From Pachysolen tannophilus NRRL Y-2460 (Eukaryota), in assembly GCA_001661245.1 (NCBI GenBank), contig KV454015.1, positions 1,155,759-1,219,758 on the forward strand: a stretch of 64,000 nt of DNA, given 5' to 3'. The number at the start of each line of letters is the position of its first letter. Position 1 is the stretch's first letter. The notes under the pieces are model-generated. The model was not told where the DNA came from, made no database searches, and was given only the letters and a program-made list of their open reading frames with translations. The position numbers and the translations under genes were made by a program. Shown one piece after another: positions 9,457 to 19,567 of this stretch.

Positions 9457-11427
9457 ATGCCACAAGATTTTAAAAGATTGAAGTTGAATTTAGTTAAACC
9501 AGTCCCATCGGACTTTGAGATTTCTAGAAACCAAACACCAAAACACATTGTTGATGTTGCCAAAGAATCTGGAATCTTAGATGATGAGATTGAACCTTTT
9601 GGTTCGTATAAGGCAAAAGTTAAGCTTTCATTATTGGACAGATTACACGCTAGGAAGAATGGTAAATATATACTTGTTACAGGTATTACGCCTACACCAT
9701 TAGGTGAAGGTAAATCTACTACTACAGTTGGTTTAGCTCAAGCACTTGGAGCTTCTTTGAACAAGACAGCATTTGCCAATGTTAGACAGCCATCAATGGG
9801 TCCAACTTTTGGTATTAAAGGTGGTGCCGCCGGTGGTGGATTTTCACAAGTTATTCCTATGGATGAATTTAACATGCATTTAACTGGTGATATTCACGCT
9901 ATTGGTGCAGCTAACAACTTGTTAGCTGCAGCACTTGATACCAGAATGTTTCATGAGAAAACTCAAGCTGATAAGGCTTTATTTAGAAGGTTGTGTCCAC
10001 TTAATAAGGATGGTTCAAGAAATATTCCAAAAGGTTTAATACCAAGAATTGCTAAATTAGGGCTTGATAAAAAGCCAATAGAAGAATGGACTGATGAAGA
10101 AATTGGTAAATATGTCAGATTGGATATTAACCCTGAAACTATAACATGGAAAAGAGTTGTTGATGTGAATGATAGATTTTTAAGAGGTATCACAATTGGT
10201 CAAGCAGCCACTGAAAAAGGTTTTACAAGAGAAACAGGTTTTGATATTACTGTTGCATCAGAATGCATGGCTATCTTGGCATTATCAAACTCTTTAGTAG
10301 ATTTAAGAGATAGATTAGGTAAAATGGTAGTTGCTTCATCTCATCTGGGTGAACCAGTTACTTGTGAAGATTTAGGTTGTGCTGGTGCTTTAACTGCATT
10401 ACTTAAAGATGCCATTAAACCAAATATTATGCAAACTTTAGAAGGAACACCAGTTTTCGTTCATGCAGGTCCATTTGCTAATATTTCCATTGGTGCATCG
10501 TCAGTTTTAGCTGATAAGATGGCTTTAAAGTTAGCAGGTGTTGATCCTGGATTAACTCCAGAAGAAGAAGAAGAAAAAGTGGGTTACGTTGTTACAGAAG
10601 CAGGTTTCGATTTCACTATGGGTGGTGAAAGATTCTTGAATATTAAATGTAGATCATCAGGTTTAAAACCAGATGTTATCATTATTGTTGCAACAGTTAG
10701 AGCTTTAAAAGTCCATGGTGGTGGTTCAGAAGTCAAAAGTGGTCAAGATTTACCAATTGAATATACAACAGAAAATTTACCAATGCTTTCAAAAGGATGT
10801 GCTAATTTAGCAAAGCATATTGAAAATGCTAAACAATACGGAGTTGATGTTATTGTTGCAATAAACAAGATGTCTGCTGATACAGCAGCTGAGCATGAAA
10901 TCATTAGAGCCGAATCATTAAAAGCTGGAGCTATTGATGCTATTATCTCAAACCACTGGGAAGAAGGTGGTGCCGGTGCTGTTGATTTAGCTAAAGGTGT
11001 TGTAGCATGTGCTAATAAAGAATACCCATCTCAAAAAGAAAGAGAAGAACAATTCAAATTCTTATACGATTTGGAAAATTCATCCATTGCCGATAAGATT
11101 ACCGCAATTGCAAAGAAAATGTACGGTGCTGGTGAAGTTGAATTTTTACCACAAGCTCAAGAAAAGATTAAAGAATATACATCTCAAGGATTTGATAATT
11201 TACCAATCTGTATAGCCAAGACTCAATATTCTTTATCTCATGATGCTAAATTAAAAGGTGTTCCAACTGGTTTCAAATTCCCAATTAGAGATATCAAAGC
11301 ATCTGTAGGTGCAGGATATTTGTACGCTTTAGCCGCTGAAATACAAACTATTCCTGGATTAGCTACAAGATGTGGATTTATGAATGTTGAGGTTAATGAA
11401 GACGGTGAGATCGATGGGTTATTTTAG
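9457..11427 (+). CDS. 10-formyltetrahydrofolate synthetase, stand-alone C-terminal half of C1-THF synthase (ADE3 locus)
   Basis: [66 protein letters not shown], ends IDGLF. ATG at 9457. Confidence 0.92.
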   Translation: MPQDFKRLKLNLVKPVPSDFEISRNQTPKHIVDVAKESGILDDEIEPFGSYKAKVKLSLLDRLHARKNGKYILVTGITPTPLGEGKSTTTVGLAQALGASLNKTAFANVRQPSMGPTFGIKGGAAGGGFSQVIPMDEFNMHLTGDIHAIGAANNLLAAALDTRMFHEKTQADKALFRRLCPLNKDGSRNIPKGLIPRIAKLGLDKKPIEEWTDEEIGKYVRLDINPETITWKRVVDVNDRFLRGITIGQAATEKGFTRETGFDITVASECMAILALSNSLVDLRDRLGKMVVASSHLGEPVTCEDLGCAGALTALLKDAIKPNIMQTLEGTPVFVHAGPFANISIGASSVLADKMALKLAGVDPGLTPEEEEEKVGYVVTEAGFDFTMGGERFLNIKCRSSGLKPDVIIIVATVRALKVHGGGSEVKSGQDLPIEYTTENLPMLSKGCANLAKHIENAKQYGVDVIVAINKMSADTAAEHEIIRAESLKAGAIDAIISNHWEEGGAGAVDLAKGVVACANKEYPSQKEREEQFKFLYDLENSSIADKITAIAKKMYGAGEVEFLPQAQEKIKEYTSQGFDNLPICIAKTQYSLSHDAKLKGVPTGFKFPIRDIKASVGAGYLYALAAEIQTIPGLATRCGFMNVEVNEDGEIDGLF

Positions 11428-11664
11428 GCTTGTGGTATTTTTATTAATAAAAATTACTTTTATCACCTATAGCTATATTTTTTGTTTGTTTGTTTGTTTG
11501 TTCTTTTTTTTTTATATATCTTTTCTTTTCATATTTAGAGTCTAAAAGAGAACTGACAATCACAGTCATTGCTACTAGATCAAATCAGATTTTATTATCC
11601 TATTAATTCTTTTAATTCTTCTAATTCTTATTCTTGTATTAATCGTTTTGTATTATAACTAAAA

Positions 11665-11670
11665 ACGCGT
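11665..11670. promoter_or_regulatory. MCB element upstream of the Mei5/Sfr1-like gene
   Basis: ACGCGT about 240 bp upstream of a recombination gene, in otherwise very AT-rich DNA. Confidence 0.45.
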
Positions 11671-11759
11671 TTTTTTTTTTTTAATATTAAAAAGAGCGCG
11701 CTTAATCAGAAATAAAAACAAAAGAGCAAATCAAATTAGATGGGTTCTAATTGAAGATA

Positions 11760-11799
<40 letters not shown>

Positions 11800-11909
11800 A
11801 TCACAGATGGCTCTATAGTATTAGTTTATTGATTGGTTAGCTAGATTATTTTCATTTGGTAGTAGAAAAGAAAGAAAACGAAAGAGGAGGAGAAACGAAA
11901 TATTGAATA

Positions 11910-13058
11910 ATGTCATCGACAGATATTCCTGACAAGGAAAACCTAAGTAATAAAGAAGATACCAAATCAATTTCCCATAATGACTTACGAACTCCTGCCC
12001 AAATGATTAGACGTGAAGAATCAATAAATTTAGTTACGCCATCAAAGTCACCAAACATAACGAAATTACCGCCTTTACCACAAGGAAGTTCTATCGTATT
12101 GCCGAAACGCAGAAAGATTTCAGAAACAGGGCCACAAGAGCCTACTTCATTATCATCATCATCGTCACCTAGTGGTAAACTGAGTAATCAGAACAATTCA
12201 TCGTCATTTACGCCATTAATACCAATAAAATCAAGAAATTTTACAACACCGTTACCTCATCGCGTTAGGAGAATACCTTCTTTGAATGATACACCTATTC
12301 CAGATTTGACTCCACCTACATCAACATCTATTAATGCATCACTTTCCTTTACAGAATCAAGTCCTCTGAAACTGGAATTTGGTTCTTCTCCTTTGGTTTC
12401 AAGAAATTTTTCTTCTCCATATCCTCCATTGAAAAGAAATCAAAGTGATTCTTCACCAATGAAAAACCAAAGTATGCAACTGAAAACATCACTGGGAAAT
12501 GAATCAGGTGAAACACAAAAATCATTGATAGGTGATTTTAGAAGAGAAGAAAACAACCTTGATAGAGAAACAAGAGAGATTCGTCATAAAATCGAAACAA
12601 TAAAACAGTTTAAAACCATTAGAGATAAACAAAAGATTCAAGAATTAGAAGAAAGAATAGCTAAATGGCGTCACATATCTTCATCTGCAGCACTGTATTT
12701 GATTAATGAAGTCAAGTTGAAAATTAGCAGGTCTGGAGGTTGGGCAGAATTTAAAAGAGCTCAAAGTAAGAAGAACAAATCACAATTTTATGATGAAACA
12801 ATTTTGGATAATTTGAAAAACTATAAAGAATCTATTGAATATACTCAGTTGGATAAATATGAACAGGAAGCTATTGATGAAAAACTTGCAGAAGAAGAGA
12901 AAAAATATGAAGATTTCTATAACGATGATGATATTGATAAAGACGCAAAATTTGAGGTTGAAGAATTTGCTAATGAAGAAGATGAGATGAAAGAAATCTT
13001 GAAAATATTTGGTATTGACGAGGAAAAATTTAATTTGATCTATAATAATACAGATTGA
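11910..13058 (+). CDS. Mei5/Sfr1-family recombination mediator
   Basis: Ser/Pro-rich disordered N-terminus, coiled coil, then IQELEERIAKWRHIS...KISRSGG. Lies between TFB2 and VPS30, as MEI5 does in S. cerevisiae. Confidence 0.7.
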   Translation: MSSTDIPDKENLSNKEDTKSISHNDLRTPAQMIRREESINLVTPSKSPNITKLPPLPQGSSIVLPKRRKISETGPQEPTSLSSSSSPSGKLSNQNNSSSFTPLIPIKSRNFTTPLPHRVRRIPSLNDTPIPDLTPPTSTSINASLSFTESSPLKLEFGSSPLVSRNFSSPYPPLKRNQSDSSPMKNQSMQLKTSLGNESGETQKSLIGDFRREENNLDRETREIRHKIETIKQFKTIRDKQKIQELEERIAKWRHISSSAALYLINEVKLKISRSGGWAEFKRAQSKKNKSQFYDETILDNLKNYKESIEYTQLDKYEQEAIDEKLAEEEKKYEDFYNDDDIDKDAKFEVEEFANEEDEMKEILKIFGIDEEKFNLIYNNTD

Positions 13059-13290
13059 TATAATTTATAATCTCTTGTTTATTTATTTGCTTTTAAAATG
13101 TGGGTATATCTATATATATATATATATATACTAGTATATAGTTGGTAATTTATTATAAATGTTTTTGCTATTATTGGGAATTTTTATTAGTAGCCCCAGT
13201 AGATAAAAAGATATGAAAATTAATATTCATTAAAAAGTAGTAATAATGGTTGATATATAATATAACAGAAGAAATCATTTATTATTATCA

Positions 13291-14673
13291 ATGTCTCAGT
13301 TAGATTACGAGTATAGATGTCAGAGGTGTAAGTTGCCTTTGATTATTCATGAGTCTTTAGATGATTTAAGTATTGCTCAATCAAGGTTATTGATATCATC
13401 AATTAATAGTAATAATAGTAATAATGGTAATAATCATAATACATCACAAAACAAGGATGAATTGATAGGAGAAAATCCAGTGATATCGAAAGATAGGTTA
13501 CAGTTACTTCAACAGGCTAGTTCAAATAATAAACCTTTATTGAATAGGACATTGTATAATGAGACTACAGACTCATATGTGTTATTACCTGAACAAAGAG
13601 AACGAGAAAATAGGCAAAAATCTTTACAAGCTTCTGATACTACCATGTCAGATAATATTAATACTTTAGATAATTTTTTCAATATCATATCATCTAAGCA
13701 AGAGATTGATTATCCAATATGTACATATTGTGCTAATTTATTAATTGAGCAAATGAAATTAAAGTTGGATCAATCTGTTAAGGAAAAAGATGTTTATTTA
13801 CAATTTTTAAAAAAATTATCCAAACAATCTGGACCTGATTTAAATAAATCAAAGGAAGCAGTACTGGAATTAGATAGATTGAAAACTCAAGAAAAAGATT
13901 TGAATCAAGAATTTGAAAATTTGAAAATTGAAGAGGAAAAATTATTACATGAATTAAAAGAATTGGAATTAGAAAATATAAAATTAACAAAAGAAGAAAG
14001 CGAAATTTGGATAAAGAGAAATAAATTTGAACAAGAGGTGATTGATTTTACTCAAGAAAGGGATAGTGTTAATGCAATGTATGAATTTAATTTAAATCAG
14101 CTAGATAAGTTAAGAAAATCAAATGTATATAATGATACTTTTAAAATTTCACATAATGGTCAATTTGGAACAATAAATGGTTTAAGATTAGGAAATGCTG
14201 ATAGTTCAAAAATATCATGGCATGAAATTAACGCAGCATTAGGGCAGCTAATTTTGTTATTATCGACTTTAGTAAATAAATTAAATATTAAATTAGATGG
14301 TTATAAATTAAGACCAATGGCTTCATATTCCAAAATAGAAAAAATTGATAAATCACAAAACAACAAGGCAATAACTTTAGAATGTTATTCCTCAGGTGAT
14401 TCTTCTTTTGAAAGATTATTAAACCATTACAAATTTGATACCGCAATGTGCACCATATTGGATGTTGTAAGACAAATTGGAAATTTTTTGAAAAATTTAG
14501 ATAACTCAATTGATTTACCATACGACATGGATGAAGAAAAAATAGGAGGACTAAGCATCAAATTACAATCAAAAGTTACAAGCGATGAATGGACCACGGC
14601 TTGTAAGTACTTGTTGACTAACACAAAATGGATATTAGCTTACGCTAGCGCTCATTCTAGTAACTTAAGATAA
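13291..14673 (+). CDS. VPS30: Vps30/Atg6 (Beclin 1) PI3K complex subunit
   Basis: CQRC, IDYPICTYC, coiled coil, FKISHNGQFGTINGLRLG, WHEINAALGQ, WTTACKYLLTN. Confidence 0.95.
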   Translation: MSQLDYEYRCQRCKLPLIIHESLDDLSIAQSRLLISSINSNNSNNGNNHNTSQNKDELIGENPVISKDRLQLLQQASSNNKPLLNRTLYNETTDSYVLLPEQRERENRQKSLQASDTTMSDNINTLDNFFNIISSKQEIDYPICTYCANLLIEQMKLKLDQSVKEKDVYLQFLKKLSKQSGPDLNKSKEAVLELDRLKTQEKDLNQEFENLKIEEEKLLHELKELELENIKLTKEESEIWIKRNKFEQEVIDFTQERDSVNAMYEFNLNQLDKLRKSNVYNDTFKISHNGQFGTINGLRLGNADSSKISWHEINAALGQLILLLSTLVNKLNIKLDGYKLRPMASYSKIEKIDKSQNNKAITLECYSSGDSSFERLLNHYKFDTAMCTILDVVRQIGNFLKNLDNSIDLPYDMDEEKIGGLSIKLQSKVTSDEWTTACKYLLTNTKWILAYASAHSSNLR

Positions 14674-14926
14674 GAAATTAGATGAGATGAGACTATACAG
14701 ATAATACCCCAATCACGTGACAACATTGTTTCTTCACCATAAATTTCACCACCGGAAAACAAAGCGAAAAAAGAAAAAGGAAAAAGTGGTTAAAGAAACC
14801 TCGACTTCCAACTGGTTTTTTGGCATTAGCTACTCTATTTCCAAGACATGACAGCTTATCAGTGGTTTATTATCTAGTCGGTCAATCTTCCTGTCCTTAT
14901 CAGAGTAGAAGGCTACTAGTATTGAC

Positions 14927-14932
14927 ACGCGT
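14927..14932. promoter_or_regulatory. MCB element upstream of the RNR large subunit gene
   Basis: ACGCGT 432 bp upstream of the RNR ATG; typical of S-phase genes. Confidence 0.5.
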
Positions 14933-15363
14933 CGTGTTAATTCTCAAATCATCCTGAAAAATGGCAGACATTTTTAATTTTTTTTTTCTTTTTTTTCGCC
15001 TTTTTATTTGATATTTCGAGCACTACGAAAAGTTTTTCTTTTCTTTTATAGTGGGCCTTAATATTAGTAAAACGAATAGTAATGATGAAGAATAGCTTTT
15101 TTTTGCTAAATGATGATGATCTATATTCTTTGTTTGTGATTATTTGATTTGATTCGTTTAGGTGTATATTTGTAGTGCTAGTTTAATAATCGAACTAATT
15201 AATTTTGTGATACCCCGATATTTTTGATTATTATTCTTTCGCTCATTTTAGTCTGAAATTTTTTTTTTCACCTTTAAGAAGAGAAGAGAAGAGAAGAACA
15301 AATATATATATTTATATATATATATATATGAAGATTGATTGATTTTATAATAGTCCATTAGCT

Positions 15364-17976
15364 ATGACAGAGGGACAGATACGTATAGTGAGTGATGACG
15401 GTTCTGTTGTGTTTTTTGAAAGAGAAAAGTTATTGGACTCATTAAGAAGCTTGAGTTTTGATTTTGAATCAAAAGAATATGTTGATGTGAATGTGATAGT
15501 AGATAAGATTTGTTTGGGATTACCGAATCAGTTGACTAAATCTGAGTTGGTTGACTTATCTGCTGAGACTGTAGGTGCTATGGTGACAATACATCCGGAT
15601 CATTCGTTATTGGCATCGAGAATATTAACCAAGAATTTACAATCGAAATTACCCAAGAAATTTAGTGATAATATAATTAGGTTAAGAAATTCTAAAAATT
15701 CTTCTTTTAAAAGAGCTCAACCATTGATATCTGATGAGTTGTATGAAGTTACAATGAAGCATAAGGAAGTTTTAGATGATGTTCTTGATCCTAATAGAGA
15801 TTTTGAACTTACTTATTTTGGTTATAAGACTTTAGAAAGATCATATTTGTTAAAAGTTGGTGGCCAAGTTGCAGAAACACCTCAATATATGTTGATGAGA
15901 GTTGCATTAGGAATATTTGGTAATGATATTCGCAATGCAATTAAAACTTATAACTTGATGTCTCAAAGATATTACATACATGGATCACCAACGTTATTCA
16001 ATGCAGGTACACCTAGCCCTTACCTTTCCTCATGTTTCTTACTTGCCATGGAAGAAGACTCAATAGATGGTATTTATAAGACTTTACATAAATCTGCATT
16101 AATATCAAAGGCTGCTGGTGGGATAGGGTTACATGTTCATAATATAAGAGCTTGTGGTTCTTATATTGCAGGTTCTAATGGAACTTCAAGTGGATTGGTG
16201 CCCATGTTAAGAGTATTCAATAATACTGCAAGATATGTTGATCAAGGTGGTAATAAAAGACCAGGTGCTTTTGCAATATATTTAGAACCATGGCATGCGG
16301 ATATCTTTCAATTTTTAGATTTAAAAAAAAATCATGGTAAAGAAGATTTTAGAGCAAGAGATTTATTTTATGCATTATGGATCCCAGATTTATTTATGGA
16401 GAAAGTTGAAAAAGATGAGGATTGGTGTTTATTTTCTCCAGATGAAGCACCAGGATTAAGTGATACATATGGTGATGATTTCGTTAAACTTTATCATAAA
16501 TATGAATCCGAAAAAAGGCATTTTAGGAAAGTGAAAGCACAAAAATTATGGTATGCTATATTAGAAGTACAAACTGAAACAGGTAATCCTTTTATGTTAT
16601 ACAAAGATGCATGTAATAAAAAATCAAATCAAAAGAATTTGGGAGTAATCAAATCATCTAATTTGTGTTGTGAAATTGTGGAATATTCATCTCCAGAAGA
16701 GGTTGCCGTTTGTAATTTGGCTTCCTTAGCATTACCTAGATTCATTAAGTCCGATTCAACTTGTAAATGGTATGACTTTAATGAGCTTCATGAAGTTACT
16801 AAAATGGTTGTTAATACTTTGGACAAAGTTATTGATGTTGGGAAATACCCAGTACCAGAAGCTGAATATTCAAATAAGAAAAATAGGCCGATTGCAATAG
16901 GTGTTCAAGGTCTTGCTGATACATTCATGGAATTGAGGCTACCATTTGATTCACAAGAAGCTAAGTCATTGAATATTCAAATTTTTGAAACCATTTATCA
17001 TGGTGCTGTTGAAGCCTCTGTTGAATTAGCCAAGGTAAAAGGTAAATATGCCAGTTATGAAGGCTCTCCCATTTCCAAAGGCCTATTGCAATTTGATTTA
17101 TGGGATCATAAACCATCCGATTTTTGGGATTGGGATACATTAAAGCATCAAATTTCTGAATATGGCGTAAGAAATTCTTTATTAGTAGCACCAATGCCAA
17201 CTGCATCCACTTCACAAATTTTAGGATATAATGAATGTTTTGAACCGACAACATCAAACATATATTCCAGAAGAGTGCTTTCTGGTGAATTTCAAATTAT
17301 AAACAAGCATTTATTGAGTGATTTGATAGATTTGGGATTATGGAATAATGATATGAAAAATTTATTATTAGCAGAAAATGGATCAATTCAAAATATTCCA
17401 AACATCCCCGAAGATATTAAAAAATTATATAAAACCGCTTGGGAAATTTCTCAAAAAGTTATCATAGAATTGGCTGCTGATAGAGCTCCTTTTATTGACC
17501 AATCTCAAAGTATGAACCTATATTTGAAAAATCCAACAATGGGTAAGTTAACAAGTATGCACTTTTATTCTTGGAAAAAAGGGTTGAAAACTGGAATGTA
17601 TTATTTGAGAACTCAAGCTGCCTCGTCTGCTATACAATTTACTGTTGATGCGGAAAGTTTGAAACGTAAAAACCAATCGCCAATTCCAAAAAATTGGGAA
17701 CATCTTATCAAAAAGAGAAAGAAGTACTCTCCATTTCCAATGGAAACTCATCATCATTTAGAATTGAATAAAAATTCATCTTGTATATTAAGTGATGATA
17801 ATAAGAATCAAGCCGAGTATGTCCAAGACAAAGAAGAGGAAAGAAACCTCGAAGTAAAAAATGGAAATCTGGATCGAGACGATAATAGAAATATTAAGAA
17901 ACATGACATATATGATTCCACACCAATCAGTTGTAATATATCAGAGCCTGAAAACTGTGATTCATGTTCTGGTTAA
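15364..17976 (+). CDS. Ribonucleotide reductase class Ia large subunit (RNR1/RNR3-like) with divergent ATP-cone
   Basis: [56 protein letters not shown]-terminal CDSCSG. Confidence 0.95.
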   Translation: MTEGQIRIVSDDGSVVFFEREKLLDSLRSLSFDFESKEYVDVNVIVDKICLGLPNQLTKSELVDLSAETVGAMVTIHPDHSLLASRILTKNLQSKLPKKFSDNIIRLRNSKNSSFKRAQPLISDELYEVTMKHKEVLDDVLDPNRDFELTYFGYKTLERSYLLKVGGQVAETPQYMLMRVALGIFGNDIRNAIKTYNLMSQRYYIHGSPTLFNAGTPSPYLSSCFLLAMEEDSIDGIYKTLHKSALISKAAGGIGLHVHNIRACGSYIAGSNGTSSGLVPMLRVFNNTARYVDQGGNKRPGAFAIYLEPWHADIFQFLDLKKNHGKEDFRARDLFYALWIPDLFMEKVEKDEDWCLFSPDEAPGLSDTYGDDFVKLYHKYESEKRHFRKVKAQKLWYAILEVQTETGNPFMLYKDACNKKSNQKNLGVIKSSNLCCEIVEYSSPEEVAVCNLASLALPRFIKSDSTCKWYDFNELHEVTKMVVNTLDKVIDVGKYPVPEAEYSNKKNRPIAIGVQGLADTFMELRLPFDSQEAKSLNIQIFETIYHGAVEASVELAKVKGKYASYEGSPISKGLLQFDLWDHKPSDFWDWDTLKHQISEYGVRNSLLVAPMPTASTSQILGYNECFEPTTSNIYSRRVLSGEFQIINKHLLSDLIDLGLWNNDMKNLLLAENGSIQNIPNIPEDIKKLYKTAWEISQKVIIELAADRAPFIDQSQSMNLYLKNPTMGKLTSMHFYSWKKGLKTGMYYLRTQAASSAIQFTVDAESLKRKNQSPIPKNWEHLIKKRKKYSPFPMETHHHLELNKNSSCILSDDNKNQAEYVQDKEEERNLEVKNGNLDRDDNRNIKKHDIYDSTPISCNISEPENCDSCSG

Positions 17977-18140
17977 ATGGTTGAATAAATTATTTGAAAC
18001 TGTTTTACATAAAAATGAAAAACTTGTATATATATGTTTTTTCTTACATGTATAAAAAGCTAATGAAATGAAATTAAATTAAATTAGATTAGATTAAATT
18101 AAATATATACCTTCCTGAGGATGGAATAAAAATAAATAGT

Positions 18141-19172
18141 TCATATAAAGTCTGAATATGAATAATCGAGAAGTTGATATGAATAATTGATATATTGGTC
18201 AAATTTTCCACCAATGTATCCTGTTGATGGACCTAATTGTCCTATTTTATACAAACTTACAGCACCACAAATAGTTAGTCCATGAATAATGAAATAAGCA
18301 ATTTTTCTACTCTTGACGCTGTAGAATTTCAAATATCTCATCCAGCCACTGACAATATGATAAGAGGCGCACCATACCAAAAAGGTCAATCCAGTAAATG
18401 TAATTATATTCTTTCTTGCAAGCAGATGCGAGATATACCCCAAATTTATCAAGGAAGAGTCACCATCTATAATCAATGGAATTATTCTTTCCTGAAAAAT
18501 ATGATACAGTACTATAGGGACTAATAAGTATCCAGTAAAGCTTAAGGGTGAAAGACCCAATTTACGTGAAATAAAAGATTTCCTTGGACCTATTCCAAGA
18601 AAAGTGGCAACTCCACCAAGGCCATAATCATCATCAAGTTTCTTATTCTTTCTCTTGGTGACGTTAATTACATCAGATCTCTCTGGACGCTCAGAATTGT
18701 GTGTTTCACGCCTTTCCGGAGAAGAACCACTTCCTCCATAATATGATTTCTTTCTAATGTTTCTTAATATCCTAATAGTAATACCACTTAATATATGCAC
18801 AGTTAAGCTTCCAAAGATCAATATTCCTTCTAATCCAGGCATTTGATAAATCGTTCTAGACATCATCATAACTTCATCGGCAATTTCAACAGAGATTAAT
18901 GGCGATATTAAAACCGATGAGCCATGTAAAAGCAGGAAAACACTGAAAACAATTGAGGAATATTTTTGCAGTTTTAATAAATACCTTGTAATCTTTGAAA
19001 TTATCTTCTTCGAGGATTCATTCTCCAAAATTTCAACTTCTGAATTTCTTCTAGACTTGTTAATTCCGATATTATCTCTTGAAGTCATAGATCCGTTACT
19101 AATTTCTAGCGGTTCAGGCGATAATTGCTTCAAGTTTAAATACTTTTCTTCATCCTGATATTTATGAGACAT
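18141..19172 (-). CDS. MCP1: Mitochondrial outer membrane Vps13 adaptor Mcp1
   Basis: N-terminal PxP-like motif LKQLSPEPL, QKYSS..F..LH, R.IYQ....E, HILSG, DGDSSLINLGYISH, YHIVSG. ATG at 19172. Confidence 0.75.
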   Translation of the reverse strand: MSHKYQDEEKYLNLKQLSPEPLEISNGSMTSRDNIGINKSRRNSEVEILENESSKKIISKITRYLLKLQKYSSIVFSVFLLLHGSSVLISPLISVEIADEVMMMSRTIYQMPGLEGILIFGSLTVHILSGITIRILRNIRKKSYYGGSGSSPERRETHNSERPERSDVINVTKRKNKKLDDDYGLGGVATFLGIGPRKSFISRKLGLSPLSFTGYLLVPIVLYHIFQERIIPLIIDGDSSLINLGYISHLLARKNIITFTGLTFLVWCASYHIVSGWMRYLKFYSVKSRKIAYFIIHGLTICGAVSLYKIGQLGPSTGYIGGKFDQYINYSYQLLDYSYSDFI

Positions 19173-19567
19173 ATCCCAAAGCAAAGATAAAACCTATATC
19201 TTTGGTAAATGAATAATGCCAATAAATCAACTATAAATCAATAATTGCGTGGTGATGAGTTATTTAGAGATGATTAAAAAGCAACAGTAGTGGTATCGTA
19301 ATCAAAAATGAAGAGTCTTTTATTGGCTAGTAAATGGTGATATTAATTAAATACAAGAATATATTATGTACAAACATAGAGTTAAAGCTATCATGGATCC
19401 CAGGTCAACGAAATAACAGATCAAATGAAAAGAGAAGACAGCATAAGGAATATTAATAATAACATGAAATCATATTAATAAAGGAAGATAAAAAGAAGAG
19501 AAAAGACAAGAAAAGAAGAGGAAAAAAAACAAAAAAAAAAGAAAAAATTAAATAAATAAAGCTAAGT

